Assembly (NCBI RefSeq): GCF_006345805.1
Contig: NC_043009.1
Span: 53,940,001-54,004,000 of the forward strand
From: Octopus sinensis
Taxonomy: Eukaryota
DNA length: 64,000 nt
Reading direction: 5' to 3'
Position numbers and translations under genes: made by a program. Under the pieces are notes generated by a model. The model ran no database searches and was not told where the DNA came from. It saw nothing but the letters and a program-made list of their open reading frames with translations. The stretch's first letter is position 1. Each line of letters opens with the position of its first letter. Shown one piece after another: positions 37,701-51,290 of the stretch.

Positions 37701-38239
37701 CTTTGATATTCTAATATGTGTAAATAGCCAGTTTCTTTAATCACTACCATGGCTGCAGCATATGTTATTTTGTAGCTAATGTAATAGTGGTTTGTTTAAC
37801 CTGGTAATATCTTTCCGTGCCTATTCTCGTTATATTGATTGCCAAATTCTAATGCGTCCAATAGCACACTTCACATTCGATAAACCTTCATTATAAAGCA
37901 TCATTCAGCAGGGTCACAAGTGGACAATTTCGTTCACAGAACCTACATCAGACCTTCTTTATTAGTGAAGAGTTCACGCCTGAAGTGTCTTAAAGTATAC
38001 ATTTAAAATTGCTTTACATGCGAATAAATAAACTTCTATTACGCATTTCCCTTTCATTGGTGTAGTGCGAATGAACTGATCAAAAATCTTGAAGCTTCTA
38101 TAAATTCCAGGGACCACAATATTCAGTGAACTCTCATGATATATAAATACCGGAAGACTGAATTAAAATATAATTACCATTACGATACACGGTACATTCT
38201 CATTCAGCGCACCTTATAGGTGTTTCGTCCAAAGTATTA

Positions 38240-38500
38240 ACATTACGTCTACTTCTTCATATGTTATTTCATATGTATCCTCTCAGCTTCTTCCCACATT
38301 AGACGTTTCACTAAAACCTGAATTCTCAAAGTAAACAGGAGCTTCATTGCTGCCAAATATCATCGAATCCACACCTTTTTTGTCTTACAACCAGCAACAA
38401 CTATGTACCCCTTTAAGCACACATTTATCTCAGACACTGGTTCCAATATTTCAAACCGAACTTAAATAACACTGGCTCTTTTGCTCTTGTCTAAAATCGA
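38240..38500 (-). mobile_element. Possible degenerate RTE LINE 3' fragment
   Basis: Only loose resemblance to the RTE C-terminal region. Confidence 0.25.
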
Positions 38501-38563
38501 TATACGTTCTTAGATACTTTGTCGGACTAATCATTGCAAAATAATGTTATCTAATTCAGCCAT

Positions 38564-38745
38564 GAAGGCAGCGAGCTGGCAGAGTCATTAGCACGTCGGA
38601 TAAAATGTTTGGCAGCATTTCGTCCGGCACTTTACGTTTTATGTTCAAATCCTATGGTTTAAACTTCGCTTTTCACGCCTTTCATTCGTTCGAGGTCGAT
38701 GTAATCGACTTGTCTCCTCTTAAATTCGCCGTCTTGAAATATGCC
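38564..38745 (+). mobile_element. SINE-C
   Basis: gaaggcagcgagctggcagagtcattagcacg head; truncated body. Confidence 0.8.
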
Positions 38746-39659
38746 AGGAAATGACTTCCTGTTCGGAGGAAATGTTGAGATGTCAGTGACGTACATGCTG
38801 TGGACTCCAGGTAACCGGCCTTATGTCTTGGGACTCGAGAAAAATAAAGTAAAAACACAGACGTAATAATACTAATATTATAATACATAATAATATAAAT
38901 ATGTTTATATGGACGCCCAGATTTCACTAATATTATTTCCCCCCCACTTCCAGTGTATATAAGACAACGTTGGCACGTTGTTATGAACAGATTCGAAACC
39001 AAACCTAAATACTACAATGGCAGTCAACCTATTTAACAAGACTGCTAATCCAATATAAAATGCAATGTCTTTTCTATTCACAATTTTCTCATATAATTGT
39101 TACACAGCCTTCAGCATCTACACAGCTTTAGTAATAAAGAACTATTGATAATCCTCGCATTCAAGAAATTTAATGCTAATTTAATGTCAGTTACAATACA
39201 AAATTGAGAAATGATTTTTCTCATTTTACCCCCGAGTAAAATTCTGGTTTTGTTAAAAAGTTATTGAATTCTTAGTCAGACTCAAGAACAAACGATTGTA
39301 TGAAGTAACAGTAAATTGAATTTGAATAAGCCACATAATATCCGGACGATAAAATGACTAACAGTGCAGTTCTGTGTTTGATTTAATCGATTATTCCACC
39401 ATTTCCAGGCCTAAAATAGTATGGATAATTGGCACCGTTGACCAACGAAATATTAAGTGATTTTCTCTATATTATGGCTAAATAAATACTTATTAGTTAT
39501 TCGAGAAATGAGGATAATCATTTTAATTGGTTAAATATTTTAGTTCGTCCTGTTTACAAAGTACAAAGTGAAATATTTTGGAAGGAGAAAACCGAAGCTG
39601 TCACATACAAGTGAGTTTGAATTGCTATGATATTGCCAGAAATTTCGAGGGATGAGTAA

Positions 39660-39775
39660 GACGGTTACATCGGATTCAGTGCTCAGGTGGATAAATTTTT
39701 ATCGACCCCGAAAGGATGAAAGCAAAGCCGACGCCGATGGAATTTGAACTTAGAACGGACGAAATGCCGCTAAGC
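39660..39775 (-). mobile_element. SINE-C fragment
   Basis: tttatcgaccccgaaaggatgaaagcaaagccgac...ggaatttgaactt. Confidence 0.8.
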
Positions 39776-40279
39776 TGTGCTGGCTGTATTTATTGTTTCA
39801 TATTTTATTACGTCTGATGCGATGGAAGTAAAATGTGTTTGAGAGGGTAGAACGAAAAATATACGAAAATTCGTACAAAATCTATATAGTATGAGGTGAT
39901 GCTAAGTATTAACTGACTGAGGGCTCCGCCAAGTATTCGTATCCTCAAACTTGTGTGTGTGTGTGTGTCTGTGTGTGTGTGTTACTTTAAACTATGCATT
40001 ATCCAAAAGCTCATTAGGAATGTCAACAACATTGAATGAAAGCCAATTGAAAATATTCACATATAATTTCTACACTAATTAAATATAAAAGAAATTTATT
40101 TCAAAGAAGGAAAATATATTCAGCCAATATTTAAAGCTAGAAAATTTATGCCAAGAAAATTTTTCGCACAAACAGAATTTGATACATTGTTTATTCGTTA
40201 CAAAACTCTGCCTCGAAAACACAACGTCAACATATTTATTGCAATAACATAGAATTCGCATAAAGATATCACTGAATCA

Positions 40280-40326
<47 letters not shown>

Positions 40327-41425
40327 GCTCTTACTTTCTCTGTTTCTATCTCTCTTTCTCTCTCTTTATCTATCTATCTATACACACATATATGCAGCTG
40401 AACACACAGGGGCAAAACAAGGTGGTAAAAATGGTACTCTAATACCGAAGGTAGAGTAATATGCATTGTTATTTAAGCTTCAGAATTATCACAGGACTCT
40501 TACTCAGTGTCTCACGTTCCCGTTCGGACAGTTGTGATAAACACTGAATTGAAATCGTGATTGAATAACATAACAGTATATTACATGCACAATCACGATT
40601 TTAATTACAGCATTTATCACAACTGTCCAACGAACGGGAATGTAAAAATCTGAGTAGCAGTTTTGTAGCTTTAATAATATATATATATATATATATACAT
40701 GTGTGTGTGTATGCATATATACAAAAATAGGACAAGAACAAGATATCCAGACAGTTAGGTGATACAAAAAAATGGACAACAAAACGTCCAGACACACGAT
40801 ACAAAAAAAAACAAAGACGGCTCATTCGGAGTTTTCTTTCCTAAGTCGAGTTCCAGAATTTCCACTGGTTATACTCGAGATTTCTTCAATCTGGCCAACC
40901 CCAAGTAAAAACTAATTTAAGAGCATTAGATTTCTTGGAAGAAAGCAGCAAATGTATACGAAAACAAGGACGGAAAAAACGGAGAAATACAAATGCAAAT
41001 AATAGGACATAACAACAGGTGTCTTTCGACTAAGGACGAATTAATTTAAGCTGGCGTGTGTGGAAGTACAGCCTTGCGGCAGGGATATAAATTTTGACAG
41101 GCACAGGGAGGAATATAGACGTTGCACGGATGGTAGTCGAACCAAGAAAGAAAGGTCAGGCTTGGCCGAACACCGGTCACGTAGGTAGTGAAGAGAGAAA
41201 GGTAGAGGTAGAGAAATAGAAGAATTAAGGAGTGGCGAGAAAGAATGAATGGCACACAGTGAAGTGAAATAGGAGGGAAAGTGAGCATGAAGAGAAGGCC
41301 GGAAAATGTGAGAGAGGGAGAACGAAAGAACGAAGAGTAGAATGAATGAAGTAAGTGAGAAAGAGCTGATAGAAAGGCGGAAAGAATGAAACAATAGACA
41401 GAATAATAAAGTCGTACAAAATTTA

Positions 41426-41461
<36 letters not shown>

Positions 41462-41514
41462 TTATATACATATATCATACGCAAATAAGTATGTGTTATG
41501 TATGCATATACAAT

Positions 41515-41574
<60 letters not shown>

Positions 41575-41578
<4 letters not shown>

Positions 41579-41805
41579 CTCGCCATGTTGATTCGCTAAC
41601 CTCTGCACGCATTTTTTTTCTCTCCTTTTTTTCTCTCCTTGTTTCTCTCCGTGTTTCTTTTCTGTGTATCTTTCTGTTGAAGAGCGTAGGCTCGAAACGT
41701 AACAGACTTGTTTTATTTATATTCCTGAGCGCCATACTAATACAATTGTTTGTTTGTATTCCACCTGTCTCCGTCTTTTGTTTATTTTCATAAAGCTTCC
41801 CGTTA
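41575..41805 (+). mobile_element. Probable Penelope-type terminal repeat of a second family with a variant hammerhead (41668-41707)
   Basis: atcttt CTGTTGA a GAGC-gtag-GCTC GAAA CGTA acagac; flanked by TA/CA tracts. Confidence 0.5.
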
Positions 41806-42444
41806 TATATACATATGTATGTATGTATGTGTGTTTGCGTTTCTAATTTGTAGACTTTTTACTTAAACATATTTTTAAAGATTTATTCACATACGAGCGT
41901 CTGTCACACAGTAATACAAGTAAAAGCTACATTACTTCACTTTTCCCTCTCGTATAATAAAATGGGAGGAGAATTCATTAGCTTTAATACTACCTCTTGA
42001 CAAAACGATATGGGGAATAATTCAGGAAATTGTTTAAGGAGAATGTAAACAATCAGGTATGGGGGTTTCTAATAGATTTTGGTTCTATTAGAACCGTTTC
42101 AAGAAAAGAAAATTCGACACATTCCTCCCTACCAAATCTTACAAAGGCTATAAAAATGATATATAGTGTTAGTGTGTAAATTAATCATTGATTAAACAAT
42201 CAAAAATAATATACAAATTGGCAAGTATCCCAAAATGATTTCGGACTGGTTAACTTATAAAAGAAGTGAGACCGAAATATCATTTAATCATATTGAAATA
42301 GAAGTGCTGGGTGGTAAAATGAGTAATTAACACTAAATGCAGTTCTTGACAAGCAGGCGGGGGGGAATTTTCGGAAGTCCAATCAATAAAAAAAGCAGAA
42401 ATCCTCTGCATGTAGAAAATATAGTAAAGTGCTGTCTAATACAT

Positions 42445-42494
<50 letters not shown>

Positions 42495-42529
42495 ATGTAT
42501 ATATGTAGATGTAAGTATGTACATATACG

Positions 42530-42587
<58 letters not shown>

Positions 42588-43074
42588 TATGTGGACACAG
42601 GACATCACGAAAAGTGTATAACAAAAAATACGAAGTGCAAGTACGAGGAATATTAACCATTTTTTAAACAAAAAAAGACAAATGGAAAACAAGACAAACA
42701 ACATAAAGAATTACCCTTCATCACTTGTTGGTTGTTTTTATACTCTCGTATTTCGAGCATTTAACAACAATATACGCTTTCGATAAAACAGCTGGTTCCG
42801 CAAAGCAAATGAAATAAAATTGGGGATTTTGCGGAGGGTCAATATTGGTAACATAAACAGGACAGTGAAAACAAACAGGAATGGCTGCTAAGCATACAAG
42901 TGGTTGTGGTGGCGAACGCGTAAATCAAGCTTGGGCAGGAGAGAGACAAAAACACGTCTTCCTTGCTCCAGCTACAACGGAGAGAATGATAGAAACACAA
43001 GTTAGGAGAAGAAAGAAAGATTGCCGATGGTCACAAAGACACACACGTAAATATACACATATATACGAGAGCGT

Positions 43075-43200
43075 CTTGTAGTTTCCATTCGCCAATTCCA
43101 CTCACAAGGGTCTGGTTGATCCGAGGGTATACTAGAAGACTCCGGCCGAAAGAGCCACGTCGTTTGACTGGAACCGGAACCATTTTATTGGGAAAGTATA
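43075..43200 (-). mobile_element. SINE-A 5' half, diverged
   Basis: tttccattcgccaattccactcacaagg...ccgagggtatactagaagac matches the reverse complement of 53950-54025. Confidence 0.65.
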
Positions 43201-43275
43201 AAAACATGTCCTTGTATGCACAGGTATTGACACACACAGATATATATGTATGTGTTTGTGTAAATAGACCTACTC

Positions 43276-43312
<37 letters not shown>

Positions 43313-43485
43313 ATATACATATACCTACGCAATAAAATGTGCATACACTTACACATGCGTATGTGACTGGTTGTGTTTGTATTTGAGGAAGTACTTTTGA
43401 AAGACTTAATCGGTATATGAAAAAATGACAGATTACAAGTAAATAAAACGGATAGATAGATAGATAAATAGATAGATAGATAGAG

Positions 43486-43580
<95 letters not shown>

Positions 43581-43695
43581 GGTTAGCTTAAGATACGTAT
43601 ATACACACATATGCACATACATATACTTCAATATATATGCATTTATAAACATATATGTCTACCTATATAAATTTATATTTGTGTGTGTGAGTACG

Positions 43696-43768
<73 letters not shown>

Positions 43769-45475
43769 TTGTACATATGTATGTGTGCGTGCGCGTGCAT
43801 GCATATTCACGGATATGTTTGTACTTATTTGTACGTATATAATACGTCTTTCTTCAAATGGCGTTGCAGTACGATTATATTTGTTTCTGTGTGTGCATGC
43901 ATTTGCATTTTGTGGCCAGTTTTGGGCAACTGGTTCCTATTTTATATTTCTCAGTATTTTTATTCACCATTTAAAATTGTTTTTAAAAAATACATTTCAT
44001 TAAACTGAATTCAACAATACGAATATATCTGTGTTAGCTCAAAAGCGCAAACTACATCTTTGTTATGATTGTGACACTGAAAAAGAATACAATAAAACAA
44101 ACTATAAAGTATAAACAATAAATTATTTCCTACGTCGAACAATTAATAGCTTTGTTGTCAAAGTGTTTGTAACTCTCATTTATTTCTAAATTTAGTTTGT
44201 TATTTTTGTTTAAATCGCTATAAATTCAATAAATATTACTTGTTTTATGGAGCATAAGGGTTTGTATTTCATGCTTCTAAACTAAACCGAACAGATTAGA
44301 TTTTGAAATATAAATTTACTCCTCGCTAAAAGGTTACAATCAAGCATCGTACTCGAATCAATCATTATGGAAGACATAATTTTAGTTTAAAAGTGACAAT
44401 ACTACAAGTATATTTCAATTTCATTGTATAAACTATTCTTGCCTGGCGTCTCTAATGATAAAAGTTTCGTCATTGCTTGAAGGGAAAATGGCAAATAAAC
44501 AATATTCTGATCGAAGAGGAGGAAATGAAAGATGGCGGTATACGGTGTTTTCATGTCGGTAAGCAACGAGAGGAATGTATGGGTCACGTGTTATGATTGT
44601 GATGATGTGAGCTGTTAGTCGGTTGGTTGGCTGGCTGGCTGGCTGGTTGGTTGGTTTGGTTGGTTGCGAGGAATGCAATGGATAGATTTTGATTGGAAAT
44701 GAGTGACGTGGTGGTTAGATTTAGATGTGTTAATGGAAGGTGATGAAATTAGACATGACTGGAATTATGTGCCCCTATGTGTGTGTGTATGTGTGTGTGT
44801 GTGAGTATTTGTGTGCTTGTGTGTGAGAGAGAGGGAAAGAGAAAGAGAGATAGAAAGGGAGAGCGTACAGTCGCAATTGTACATATATTGCGGAGATAGA
44901 ATGGAAATGGATATGTAACAAGAACTTAATGAAAAATTGACTTAGTAATATGATAGTGGCGGTCATGATGTGATGATGATCGTGGCGATTATGATGATGA
45001 TATTGATGACGATGACGATGACGACGACGACGACGATGATGATGATGATGTTGCTGGTAGTAGTATTGGTTGTGGTGGTAGTGGTGGAAGTGGTGATCGT
45101 CGTCATTGTGATTATGTTGACGTCGTTGGTGATTGATGATCAAGATGGCGACGCAGCGTGGTATGTCACAGAATGCAACACAGAAAGGGAATGTGAAATG
45201 GTGTTGGAGAGGAAGGTGTTGTGAGACAAGAAATGGAGATAATGAAGGGAATATTTGAGGGAAGTGTGTGGCCGAAGCAAAGGAGAAGCAAAGGAGAGCA
45301 AGGTTTTTCGTAGACTAATAAGTTGGTAAGGAGACAAATCTACGACGGCGAACAAGATTGGAGAGGAAAGAAATCAATACAACGTGTAAATATCGTTGCT
45401 GGAAAATTGAGAACTTCAGGACTATTCAGGGATGATTGTCGGAAAGTAGTGAACGGATATAGATTTGGGGGAAAA

Positions 45476-45575
45476 CTAGTTAATGCCTAAATGTACGTTA
45501 ATGGTGGATCGAAACAGGAATGGAGGAAAAGCCGGAGAGGAGGAAGAATAAGAAGAAAAAGAAGTGAAAGAAACC

Positions 45576-45617
<42 letters not shown>

Positions 45618-45718
45618 TGCCCCACCACCAGTACTTGTGGTAGTAGTAGTAGTAGTGGTAGTAGCAGCAGCACCAGTACAAGTAGTAGTAGCTGCAGCAG
45701 CATTAGTACTAGTAGTAC

Positions 45719-45758
<40 letters not shown>

Positions 45759-45930
45759 TGTAGTAGTAGTTGTAGCACCACCAACAGTACTGGTGGTGGT
45801 AGTAGTAGTAGTAATAGTAGTAGTAGTAGTAGTAGTAATGGTAATGGTGTTGGTGGTGGAGATGGTGTCAATGGTGGTGGGGTTTGGAATAGTAGTGGCT
45901 GCAGGAGTTGGCGCTGGTGATGGTGGTAGT
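45476..45930. repeat. (TAG)n/(TGG)n compound microsatellite
   Basis: Visible. Confidence 0.95.
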
Positions 45931-46079
45931 GGTAGTAGATTTAGCGTAAATATTAGTCGTAGTAGTGATATGAGTAATGCTGGAAGTGGAAAAATATTAT
46001 AAATACACCTATTACTACAAGCATTGATACAGATAACAACAACCATAATACTAATACTAACGATAATTATAATTATAGT

Positions 46080-46485
46080 GATTTCAAATTTTGGCACAAG
46101 GCCAGCAGTTTTGGAAAGGAGGGTGACTCGATTACAATGGCGCCCAGTGTTCAGATTGTACTTATTTTATCGACCCTGAGGGGATGAAAGGCTAAGTTGA
46201 CTTCGGCGGAATTTGAACTCAGATCGTAGCGGCAGACGAAATACCTATTTCTTTACTGCCCACAAGGGGCTACACACAGAGGAGACAAACAAGTACAGAC
46301 AAACGGATTAAGTCGATTATATGATTATATCGACCCCAGTGCGTAACTGGTGCTTATTTAATCGACCCCGAAAGTATGAAAGGCAAAGTCAACCTCAGCG
46401 GAATTTGAACTCAAAACGTAGCGGCAGACGAAATACCGCTAGGCATTTCGCCCGGCGTACTAACTTTTCTGCCAGCTCGCCGCTT
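46080..46485 (-). mobile_element. SINE-C dimer (type-1 unit followed by type-2 body and tail)
   Basis: Junction ...aaagaaataGGTATTtcgtctgcc at 46240-46245 repeats the head motif at 46432-46437 (192-bp period). Confidence 0.9.
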
Positions 46486-46505
46486 TAATAATAATAATTA
46501 TGATA

Positions 46506-46584
<79 letters not shown>

Positions 46585-46602
46585 TATAATGATCATAATG
46601 AT

Positions 46603-46653
<51 letters not shown>

Positions 46654-46729
46654 AAGCAGCAGCAGTAGTCTTGTTATCGTTATTATGGAAAAGCTAGTAC
46701 CTGCTGCTTTAATTGAAGATCTTATCTAG

Positions 46730-47530
46730 TAATTTGGTGACAACAAGTCTCACTTGAAATCCCTGCTGTGTTGCTTAATATTTTATAAGAATTACAAGAT
46801 AGCATTGTCAGCAATTCCAGAATATGTCTCAATAGCAATATCCTTCAGCCACTTTAATAGCTGTCTGAATGTTTCATCAAGTGCCAGTTTCCATATGAAG
46901 AACTTTCACTTTTCTAATTCACAATTTCTGCCTCACTCTAATGATATTTCTCAATCTTTTCAGTCACTTTCATATCCAATTTACAATTATACCAGATGGC
47001 AAAGTTAATGACTTTTGAATATTTGTTGCTTTTTTCTATCTTTCACCATCACATCAGTTCCTTTGGCTTCTATACAATCGTCAATCTCCTTGGAGATACC
47101 TTAAAATCCTTAATATCTTTAGGTTACAATTAACCACAGCAATCCCCAGTTCGTGTTTACATTAGTTTTCTGTCACTTCAAATCTACAAACCTTTTCATA
47201 CCATATTGAACTCTTTAACTCACACAGTCGCATCTGCTTTTATAGTCTTTTTGTGCAAACCTAATCTTATACCTTTGAAGGTAATAAATATTTTCGCCCC
47301 CTTTCCCAAGTACTCAACATTTGGCTTCAGAGAGTGGCAAATCTTTACACTTATAAAATCTAGTTTAATAGCGATTTCCTGAAGGGCTATATTTTTTTAA
47401 TTCATTCACACTTTCCCGGTTTCAATTTCATACCTACAAACAGCGTTACTCATTTCTAAATTCTTCCATTTGTTAAGTTAATTCGTCGTGCATTGCTTTC
47501 GATTTCCAACTATGTTCTCTAGAAGTTTCT
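46730..47530 (-). mobile_element. Degenerate Dong/R4 CCHC-RLE region
   Basis: ALQEIAIK..., FAQKDYKSRCD, IEAKGTDVMVKDRKK, TEKIEKY, WLKDIAIET. Confidence 0.6.
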
Positions 47531-47621
47531 ATCTTTGAAATCTCACACATTTTCATAATTTTCTTCGACATTTATTGCTGCAAATGTTCGTGTTCTTGTA
47601 GAAAGGATTATTATTGTCATT

Positions 47622-47671
<50 letters not shown>

Positions 47672-47758
47672 CATCATCCTCATCATCATCATCATCATCA
47701 TCATTAACATCATCATCATCATCATCATCATCATCATTATTATTATTATTATTATTAA

Positions 47759-47804
<46 letters not shown>

Positions 47805-47807
47805 CTT

Positions 47808-48148
47808 ATTGAGTGAGAGAGCAGTGCATGCCATCAAAGTGACACTGGGGTAAAATATACGAAGCCCAGTATACCCATCATGACTACCCGTCTGATAAGG
47901 GTACACTAGGCACATGCATCACAACCATATGTGCGCGACATGGTGATCTCATATCAAGATAAACAGCACATGACCTTGCAGGTGGGCCCCAGTTAGAATT
48001 TTCTTCTGGTCGAGTAACACATCCCACTCAGAGATGCATATATCGTCAGCTCAACTGGTTAAGGTCAAACAACTGACAAGCAAATCTGTGGTATTGAGCA
48101 GAATATCTGCTGTAGCCCAAAACAATGTACGTGATAAGACTTCCAATC
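47808..48148 (-). mobile_element. Family D with internal deletion
   Basis: Matches 58049-58540 with the middle missing (junction catcccactc|agagatgca at about 48030); (ATT)n on both sides. Confidence 0.9.
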
Positions 48149-48209
<61 letters not shown>

Positions 48210-48308
48210 CATCATCATCATCATCATCATCATTATTATTATTATATTATTATTATTATTTATTATTATTATTTATTATTATTATTATTATTATCATTAT
48301 TATTATTA

Positions 48309-48339
<31 letters not shown>

Positions 48340-48344
48340 CATTG

Positions 48345-48500
48345 AGATGATGAGTTGGCAGAATTTTTAGCAAGCCAGTTCTGAGTTCAAACTCATTTAG
48401 GTCAATTTTACTTCTCATCCATTGGGATTTGATAAAGTTGTGTATCATTCAAATAGTGGGGTCCTCGTAATCCACTTGCGCACTTCCCTCAAAAATAGCA
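48345..48500 (+). mobile_element. Degenerate SINE-C
   Basis: gagttggcagaatttttagc...ttctgagttcaaa...ggtcaattttacttctcatcc. Confidence 0.6.
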
Positions 48501-48732
48501 GGTCCAAAACTCTGCGACGCACCGGCGTCCAGTTCAGAGGAATGTTTTGTTCTTAATTTCTGAGACGCTAAGTTACAGCAACGTAAACGAACGAAGATGT
48601 GTTGTCTCAGAAGATGTGGGGATCAATCTGGACACAACGACACATACACGTATAGACACGTATATCCATACATACACAAATACACACATAAACACGCACA
48701 CAAACACAAACACACATATACACACACGCATA

Positions 48733-48763
<31 letters not shown>

Positions 48764-51154
48764 TCCCCCTATATATACAAATTTTGTCTCCCATATATGA
48801 CTTCTTTTCCCTAAATATTTCTTCTCCTACGCCCATATCCTCCCTATGTAGTCTCTTTAATCCCCTATATCTATACCCTTTCACATTTCTAACTCAGATG
48901 TTGAACGCACACCGCCAAACTCCACTTCCCACCCTTCCAATTTTCAGTTCCCCCCGCCCGCCCCTACGTTTAACACACACCTCTAACTTTCAACAACCTT
49001 CATCTCATGTTAAACTTTACAAAATTATATTTTTATCTTATTTTATTTTATTTTTATTTTTACTTTTATTTTTACTTTTATCCTACTTCCATTTATTTTT
49101 ATTTTTATTTTTAATTTTATTTTTACTTTTATTCTACTTCCATTTATTCTCATTTTCATTTTCATCCCTTACCTTAACTCTTATAATTTTTATAATTCTT
49201 ATACTTCATTTCTAACTATTACATTGTATTTCTTATTTTATACTGTATTTTTTATTTCTAATCTTTACCCTTACCCTCACTCTTACCCCTAACTTATCGC
49301 TTTACACCTCTATATATGTTTATTTACTTACCTATGGTTCCACCTTTTGAATATACGAGCGTCCGCGTACGTGTGTATACGCATACATACATATGCACGC
49401 GCATATATGTACATGCATACTTCGATATCTTATAGCTATACCCATGTGCGCGTGTGTCTCTGTGTGTGTATATGGGTGTATATGTGCACGCACATACGGA
49501 CACACAGCCGTGTGTGCGTGCGCGTATTGACATGAGTACGGGATTCTTTACATACGTTCTTATACACATCCTTTAATATCTTATACCTGGACCTAGAGGC
49601 GTGGGCATATACGTGTGTGTATGTAGTGATGGGCGCGCGTATATACATGTGAGCGTGTACGCGCGTAATGTCCGTGTATATATGCGGATATTCTGTTGTA
49701 TGTATGTGTGGGTACGCGCGTGCGTGTGGGTGCGTGTGTGTTTATGTACGTGTTTACACGCGAGTGCGTGTGTATGCTTATAGGCTTGGAGGCGTATATG
49801 TACGCGTGTATGTGGGTGTATATATCCATGATGATATGTATGTACTAGAAGTCCATTTAATTCAAGGAACCAGATTAAATGCTCATCAGCTCTGATTTAC
49901 AACGCATTAAGTCCCCAGACGAAACTGTTGATGTACTGACAATTCTACAACTAAATTTTATCAATCTCCTGACCACCATGCTTGGTCCATAACCTCTATA
50001 CATCCCTTATCTTTACATTCTTTTACACTTTTATCATGTTTTTATCAGGTTTTTTTACTTTTATTTTTACTTTTATTTCTATTTCTATTTTTACTTTATA
50101 TTTCTTTATACCCCCTTTACATCTCCTTACAACCCTTTATCCTCTACATTTTTATATTATTCTATACTTACACTTTTTATACATTTTTTATCCCTCGTCC
50201 CGAACTCTCGCCCCTCCATCTTCACCTCTATATATGTATTTATTTATTTACATTACCTCAACATCCAATTTTCCTCATTCTACATTGAGAGAAGAAAGAG
50301 ATGGACGCTTCAACTCTATGCTGCTGCCGCATTATGTCGTACGTGAATGAGAGGATTTGCATCCCCAACCAAGAACTTTTGATGTAACACATGTCCTTGT
50401 GGAAGCTGTTGTGCGCGGCTGAAGAAGGCCACAGACATACATTATGCATTGTTATAAATCTGTCTAATAAAGGCCCGAAACATATGTACCGCTGAATCCT
50501 TCGCATCATGTTTTTATTTTATTTTGATCAATTTACTCCACCACCTACACCACCAAACGGTATACACAGGTGCTTATAATTATCAAGTACTCACCCCGAA
50601 TTTCTATATATATATATATATATATACATATATATCACCCTGATAATAAACTACAGATCCTTCTGTAGGAATTTGTTGCTCTATAACTCACGTGGGTGGA
50701 CAAGGGAGGATGCAAAGCCTAATTCGTACGTTTTGAATTCGTTAGTACTGGTGGTCGAAGGTGGTTCGTCTGGGATTACTCAAAGCAGACGGGCATGTTC
50801 GATTTTTAGTGCTCTCAAATTTAAACTCAACGAAATCTTGGGATGATGACAGGAATGTTGATATAGGTATTATTTCTAGCATCTCTATCTCTAACTAACC
50901 CAGAAACGGCGTTCTCAAGTAATCGATGTACCAGTGATGTTTCGTTATTTTTCCCTCTATGCCTACGTGAATTGTTTTTGAGTATACATTGTCTGGGAGA
51001 CTCTTCTTATTGTAGAGGAAATAGCTAAATTCTTTGGTTGCTATTTCTAAAAGTTCGGTGTGTGGTAAAGTAAATTTTTTTGCTGAACCCTAATTATATA
51101 AAGTATATATATATATATAATACATACATACATACATACATACATACGTAATAG

Positions 51155-51290
51155 ATACATCCCGTCTGCCAAATTCACCATCAGATATTGGCTGACCCGA
51201 GGCTGCAGCTGGAGACTTTCACCCGAGGTGCTGTGCAAAAGTACTGAACCTGAAATCACATGATTTTAAAACGAGCCTACCTTTATAACC
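51155..51290 (-). mobile_element. Degenerate SINE-A 5' half
   Basis: ccgtctgccaaattc...gacccgaggctg...cccgaggtgc...actgaacc aligns with the reverse complement of 53920-54020. Confidence 0.65.

Noticed and set aside
42690-42730. Minus-strand gTGATGAAggg and the degenerate look-alikes near 40820-40850 and 2440-2455 as further hammerheads
   Set aside because: No closing stem II plus GAAA or stem I partner could be found; they may be decayed PLE ends but are unsupported.
50657-50778. Two overlapping exon-like segments on opposite strands (50657-50725 plus; 50692-50778 minus), both phase 1-1 and open
   Set aside because: Mutually competing, with no recognisable protein; they show how often such signals arise by chance.
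51148-51249. Minus-strand 102-nt exon-like segment (tttcag...gtatgt, SVLLHSTSGESLQLQPRVSQYLMVNLADGMYLL)
   Set aside because: It aligns with the SINE-A 5' half, and the donor is supplied by a (CATA)n repeat.
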